Shown here piece by piece: positions 32,715 to 37,011 of a stretch of 37,011 nt of DNA (the stretch's first letter is position 1; each line of letters starts with the position of its first letter). This DNA is from Pseudomonas phage YMC12/01/R960. Where the stretch lies: the sequence record MH643777.1. The stretch is one strand, 5' to 3'. The translations under genes were made by a program, and so were the position numbers. Below the pieces are notes generated by a model, which had not been told where the DNA came from, did not search any database, and was given only the letters and a program-made list of their open reading frames with translations.

Positions 32715-34911
32715 ACCGAAGGCGCAAACGGTCGGGTTCGAATACTTTTTTGACATCCATTTCGCCCTGGGTAAGAAGATCGACGAGGTCTGTGCAATCC
32801 GGGCGAGCGGAAAGACCGCATGGAAGGGCTCGATCACAAGTAACGGCCAGGTTCGAATCAATGCGCCGGACCTGTTTGGTGGGAAAAAGGGCGAAGGCGG
32901 CCTCGACGGAACGCTTGACGTGCTGTTTGGCGAAGAGGACCAGGGCGTCCTGCCTCGCTTGGCGGCCATGCTCGGCGGCCTGGTGCCGGCTTTCCGGGGC
33001 GTTACCACGTGCTTCTATTCCGGCCTAGTCACCGCCATGAACCCCTACCCGAAGACCTGGGAGATTCTGCGCCGAGGTGGCAACCGCCTGTGGGACGGCA
33101 ACCCCTGGTATCCCGAAAAGCAATTTATCTGGCTCGCGGACGGTCAGATCAAAGCGATGAACCCGGCGCACATCCTTTATCTCGTCTACACCGGCCGGGA
33201 CTTCCGGGGGCTGGCCCGCACGCGGATGGACGAGGCGAGCTGGCGGGTCGCTGCCGACAAGCTGTATGCCGAGGGTTTCGGGCTGTGCTTTGAATGGACC
33301 AGGTCCGACACGTTCGCCAACTTCTGCGAGACGGTGAAATCGCATATCGGAGCCGAGGTCTACCCGAACCGCCAGACTGGGCAGATCAGCATCCGGCTCC
33401 TGCGTGACGACTACAACGTTGCTGACCTGCCGCTGTTCGACGAAGACAGCGGCCTCCTGGAGATCACCCAGGAGAAGACCGGCTCGACGTCGCTCGCGCC
33501 GAGCCAGCTTATCGTGAAGTACATCGACCAGACTGACGGTGCGCAGCGCCAAGTCATCGTCAACAACAACGCGGTCGCCGCGTCGCAGGGGCGGCGGTCG
33601 TCCGAGGAAGTCGAGTTCCTGGGCGTGCCGACTGGCGAGCTGGCCGGGCGAGTCGGTGAGCGGGAAATGCGTCTGAAGACCACCGGCCTGAAGCGCTATA
33701 AGGGCGTATTCGACCGCCGTGCCCGTAGCCTGAACCCAGGCCAGCCGTTCCGCATCCGTTCGACCCGGCGCGGCATCCCTGAAACCGTCGTCCGGGTCGG
33801 CCGGATCGAGGACAACTTCCTCGGCGACGGCAAGATCACCCTGACCGTCGTCCAGGACCAGTTCAATCTGCCGGCGACTACCGGCGTGGCACCACCGCCA
33901 CCGGGCTGGACCCCGCCCGACCGGACGCCTCGGGCGGTCACCGTGCGCCGACTGATCGAGGCGCCATATCGCGAACTAGCCGGCGTGATCGATCCTGCGA
34001 ATCTCCAGCTCCTGGACGTGTCCGCCTCGTATCTTGCCGCCTTGGCCGAGGCGCCGACGAGCCTGTCGCAGAGCTACACCTTGACCGACCGCGTCGGCAG
34101 TTCGGGCGCGTTCGTTGATCGCGGAACCGGGGATTGGTGCCCGACCGGCCTGCTCGCCGCCGAGCTGCCGCTGGCGGCCGGTCCGAACGTCGTCACGTTG
34201 ACGAACGCCAGCCGGCTGGAGGACGTCACTGTCGGCCAGGCGGCCGTGGTGGATGACGAAATCGTCCGGGTCGATGCGGTCAACTACGCCAGCGGTACTG
34301 TCACCCTGGCGCGCGGCTGCGCCGATACCGTGCCGGCCAAGCACTTGGCCGGGGCTCGAGTCTGGTTCTACGACGCGTTCGAAGCGGTGGACGAGACGGT
34401 ATACAGCCAGGGCGTGACGCTCCAGGCCCGGCTGCTGACCAACACCAGCGAGGGCCAACTGGCCCCGGCGCTGGCCGCCACTGACAGCCTGACGCTGACC
34501 GGGCGCCAAGGTAAGCCGTACCCGCCCGGCCAGTTCCGCATTAACGGCAGCGCGTACCCGGCCAAGGTCTACGGGGTGCTGTCGGTGAGCTGGGCGAAGC
34601 GCGACCGGATCGGCCAGGCCGACCAGTTGATCGATACCACTGTCGGCAACATCGGACCCGAAGATGGGGCGACGGTGACGCTCCAGGTCTACAGCGGCAC
34701 GACGCTGAAGCGCACCTATGCCGGCCTCACATCCAGTAACTGGTCCTATCCGGTGGCCGAAGACGTCGCTGACGGCCCGCTCCAGGACGTGCGCCTGGTC
34801 CTGCGCAGCGTCCGCGACGGCATCCAATCCTGGCAGCAACACGACATCACCATCGAACGACACGGCCTGGGCTTCCGCTTGGGCGAAGACCTTGGAGGCG
34901 TTTCCGCATGA
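32704..34911 (+). CDS. host-specificity / central tail fiber protein (GTA g15-like), 735 aa
   Basis: RBS GGAGGTG precedes ATG 32704. Large distal-tail protein after BR0599-like genes. The track ORF extends upstream to 32590. Confidence 0.7.
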   Translation: MGAKPKAQTVGFEYFFDIHFALGKKIDEVCAIRASGKTAWKGSITSNGQVRINAPDLFGGKKGEGGLDGTLDVLFGEEDQGVLPRLAAMLGGLVPAFRGVTTCFYSGLVTAMNPYPKTWEILRRGGNRLWDGNPWYPEKQFIWLADGQIKAMNPAHILYLVYTGRDFRGLARTRMDEASWRVAADKLYAEGFGLCFEWTRSDTFANFCETVKSHIGAEVYPNRQTGQISIRLLRDDYNVADLPLFDEDSGLLEITQEKTGSTSLAPSQLIVKYIDQTDGAQRQVIVNNNAVAASQGRRSSEEVEFLGVPTGELAGRVGEREMRLKTTGLKRYKGVFDRRARSLNPGQPFRIRSTRRGIPETVVRVGRIEDNFLGDGKITLTVVQDQFNLPATTGVAPPPPGWTPPDRTPRAVTVRRLIEAPYRELAGVIDPANLQLLDVSASYLAALAEAPTSLSQSYTLTDRVGSSGAFVDRGTGDWCPTGLLAAELPLAAGPNVVTLTNASRLEDVTVGQAAVVDDEIVRVDAVNYASGTVTLARGCADTVPAKHLAGARVWFYDAFEAVDETVYSQGVTLQARLLTNTSEGQLAPALAATDSLTLTGRQGKPYPPGQFRINGSAYPAKVYGVLSVSWAKRDRIGQADQLIDTTVGNIGPEDGATVTLQVYSGTTLKRTYAGLTSSNWSYPVAEDVADGPLQDVRLVLRSVRDGIQSWQQHDITIERHGLGFRLGEDLGGVSA

Positions 34912-36056
34912 CTCTCTATATGGGGCCGAATACCGGCCTGCTGATCAATGGCTTGCCGGGAGAAGGGCATTACAGCGATCTGATTCGGATGTGGCGCTGG
35001 GACGACTTCCTTCGCCAGCCGGTCGTCAAGGGGCGGGTCGCAACGCTGCCGACCAGCGGCCAGGCCGAGGGTGACACATACATTTTCACCGGGGCCGGGG
35101 CGAACCAGAACCGCCTGGCCCGCTGGTGGGCGACTGGCGCGACCACGCCCATTTGGGAGTACATGCCGCCCAGGCTGGGCTGGCGGGTGCAGGTGGCGAA
35201 CGAGGCCACGCCTGCTGGCCAGGTCAAGACATATGAGTTCGGGGCCAGTGGCTGGATGGAACTGGTGGGCGGGATGGCCGACGCGCCGAGCGACGGAAAG
35301 CCATATGCCCGCGAAAGCGGCGCTTGGGCGGAGTTGGGATCGGCAGCGAAATCGGCGCTCAACGTTCTGCCGTTCATGAACCTGATGCCCGACATGGGTC
35401 GCTTCGCGGGGACCGCAGCCAATCCGCTGAATACGATGTTCACAACGTCATGGACTCCAAGCACTTTCATCAATGGCTGGAACGGCGCGACCCTCGCAGA
35501 TGGGGGCAAGTTCGCCTTCGACAACAGCACGAACGGCGGGGCGGGGCCGGCGCTCAATGCTCGGGTGCAGGCGCTGCTTGCGGCAATGGGCCGGACGTGG
35601 ACGTCAGTGTCCCGATACGGGGTCGAGTTCTTCACCACGGTGCTGACAGCGGGATCGCAGACAACTACCGGCTCGGCCGGCGCGGATGGGGTTACGCGGT
35701 ATCTGTGCTGTTCCAACGGCAGTAAGACCGTTTTCAACGCGGGCGCGTGGGCGACGGTCGTCATGTGGTTGCGGGTCGAAAGCGGCTCGGCTCATATCTC
35801 GTCGGCGCCTTATACGACCCATCGGCTTTGGATCAATGGCGCTGTCGCTGCTCCTGGCGTGGTGCTGCCTGCGAACCAATGGGTGCATCTGCGGTTCTCG
35901 ATGCAGTCATACAACGGCTATGACAACGCGTGTCCGTACATCTACGCATCCGCAGGGGCTCAGATCGCGTTCGCATGCCCGGCGTGGTTCGGTGGTCTCG
36001 TCGATCCAGGCATCCACGTCGCACCCATCCTGACCATCAACGGAGCAAGCGCATGA
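34908..36056 (+). CDS. tail fiber / receptor-binding protein, 382 aa
   Basis: ATGA overlap with the upstream stop. Gly/Ala/Thr-rich. C-terminal Cys/aromatic-rich region. Confidence 0.65.
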   Translation: MTLYMGPNTGLLINGLPGEGHYSDLIRMWRWDDFLRQPVVKGRVATLPTSGQAEGDTYIFTGAGANQNRLARWWATGATTPIWEYMPPRLGWRVQVANEATPAGQVKTYEFGASGWMELVGGMADAPSDGKPYARESGAWAELGSAAKSALNVLPFMNLMPDMGRFAGTAANPLNTMFTTSWTPSTFINGWNGATLADGGKFAFDNSTNGGAGPALNARVQALLAAMGRTWTSVSRYGVEFFTTVLTAGSQTTTGSAGADGVTRYLCCSNGSKTVFNAGAWATVVMWLRVESGSAHISSAPYTTHRLWINGAVAAPGVVLPANQWVHLRFSMQSYNGYDNACPYIYASAGAQIAFACPAWFGGLVDPGIHVAPILTINGASA

Positions 36057-36340
36057 TGAAGCGGGTTCTCTACAAAGGGGCGTTCTTCACTGAGTGGGAC
36101 GGCCCGCTGGCGGCCATCGCTGAAACTGCCGGAGTGAGCATGGACGATCTCGCGTTCCACCCGGATGACGCGCTGGCGGAGGTCCAGGAACTGCGCCGGC
36201 AGGCATACCGGGACGAGGCAGACCCGCTGCGCCTGGAGGCCGAGTATGACGCCATCGCTACCGGCACAGCGCCGGACCTGTCGGCCTGGGTCGCAGCTGT
36301 CAAGGCGATCAAAGAGCGCTATCCGCTCCCCCAGTCCTAA
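36053..36340 (+). CDS. hypothetical protein (possible fiber assembly/chaperone), 95 aa
   Basis: ATGATGA overlap with the fiber stop. Start is in frame with track ORF 35930..36340. Confidence 0.5.
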   Translation: MMKRVLYKGAFFTEWDGPLAAIAETAGVSMDDLAFHPDDALAEVQELRRQAYRDEADPLRLEAEYDAIATGTAPDLSAWVAAVKAIKERYPLPQS

Positions 36341-36391
36341 GCGTTTTGATAATTGTGACCAACGTCTCCTTTTTGCTACGGTCCCCCGCTG

Positions 36392-36643
36392 ATGTGCGGA
36401 GTAGATAGGGATGTTGGTATGAACGAGATGCTTAGACGGAGACTGCGGGCGGAGCTGCTAGAGGTCGGTTTCCTAAACCAGTGCTGCCTTGACCTGATGG
36501 ATACCATGGCGTCCGAATTCAGCCTCTCGCAGGATCAGCAGGAATGCTTCGAACAGCTGAGCCGATTCCTACGGGAGGGCATCGGCAAGCTGACCGCTCT
36601 GTCTGAGCGGGTAGCCGATGGCGATATCGTCGTCCTGTGCTGA
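36392..36643 (+). CDS. hypothetical right-end protein with lower GC (moron-like), 83 aa; alternative start 36419
   Basis: Codon usage is AT-richer than the rest of the phage. Last ORF before the inferred right end. Cys-containing. Confidence 0.45.
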   Translation: MCGVDRDVGMNEMLRRRLRAELLEVGFLNQCCLDLMDTMASEFSLSQDQQECFEQLSRFLREGIGKLTALSERVADGDIVVLC

Positions 36644-36730
36644 ACTTTTGAAATTCTTTTGCCGCTGGCGAAACGGTTAGGGCGCGTCATTTATTGCGCA
36701 AATCCGCGCCAAATTTCGCGCCGCGCTACA
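36644..36730 (+). repeat. putative prophage right end (attR) with repeated GCGC(C)AAAT / TTTCGCGCC motifs, terminating in CA
   Basis: AT-richer non-coding stretch. TTGCGCAAATCCGCGCC and CGCGCCAAATTTCGCGCC are repeated. Ends ...GCGCTACA at 36730 where host-like codon usage resumes. Confidence 0.45.
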
Positions 36731-37011
36731 GCCGACCGCAGTCTCGACCTGGGCCGCGGGCCACTGTTGCGCGCGCTGCTGGCGACGCTCGGAGACGGCA
36801 GCCAGCGGTTGTTGCTGGTGATCCACCATCTGGCGGTGGACGGGGTTTCCTGGCGGATCCTGCTCGAAGACCTGCAGACCGCCTACCGCCAGTTGCAGGC
36901 CGGCCAGGCCGTTGCGCTACCCGCCAAGACCAGCGCCTTCAAGGCGTGGGCCGAACGCTTGCAGGCGCATGCCCGCGACGGCGGCCTGGAGGGCGAGCGC
37001 GGCTACTGGCT
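36731..37011 (+). CDS. host nonribosomal peptide synthetase fragment (condensation domain, partial at both ends)
   Basis: In-frame ...[48 protein letters not shown]... contains the C-domain core motif HHxxxDG(W/V)S preceded by the LDLxxGPLLR motif. High GC3. Confidence 0.75.

Larger units (their letters stand above)
55..36730 (+). mobile_element. Mu-like transposable prophage (D3112/B3/DMS3-like siphophage); boundaries approximate
   Basis: Gene order is c repressor(-), ner, A (DDE), B (AAA+), Gam, GemA, Mor, lysis, terminase, portal, F, G, acr-aca1, I, T, tail genes. No integrase. Right end inferred at ...CGCGCTACA (36730) next to host NRPS sequence. Left end not confidently located. Confidence 0.8.

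Noticed and set aside
1-37011. Searched by eye for tRNA/rRNA genes and for an integrase or att core repeats
   Set aside because: No tRNA-like cloverleaf candidates or rRNA-like stretches were noticed. There is no tyrosine or serine recombinase ORF. This is consistent with a transposable phage that uses a DDE transposase instead of an integrase.

Overview
Almost the whole window (about 55..36730) is a Mu-like transposable siphophage prophage of the Pseudomonas D3112/B3/DMS3/JBD type. It sits in a high-GC, Pseudomonas-like host. Apart from the leftward repressor, every gene is on the + strand. The gene order is: CI/LexA-type repressor (-), Ner-like regulator, two small early genes, DDE transposase A, AAA+ transposition ATPase B, then a long block of small early ORFs that includes a Mu Gam homolog, a GemA-like protein and a Mor-like middle activator. 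Next comes a lysis cassette (holin-like, endolysin-like, Rz with embedded Rz1), then small and large terminase, portal, Mu F-like and Mu G-like morphogenesis proteins. Between G and the protease/scaffold gene is a two-gene anti-CRISPR operon, acrIF2-like plus aca1, driven by a promoter carrying two 13-bp palindromes. After it come protease/scaffold, major capsid, head-completion proteins, major tail protein, a tail chaperone with a -1 frameshift, a 1187-aa tape measure and a GTA-like distal tail/fiber module. The right flank (36731..37011) encodes an NRPS condensation-domain fragment (HHxxxDG), so the prophage appears to interrupt an NRPS gene. The left flank (1..54) looks like host coding sequence, but I could not find a matching target-site duplication. 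No rRNA, tRNA, CRISPR array or integrase was found. All similarity calls come from reading the sequence and recalling protein families; no database search was run.
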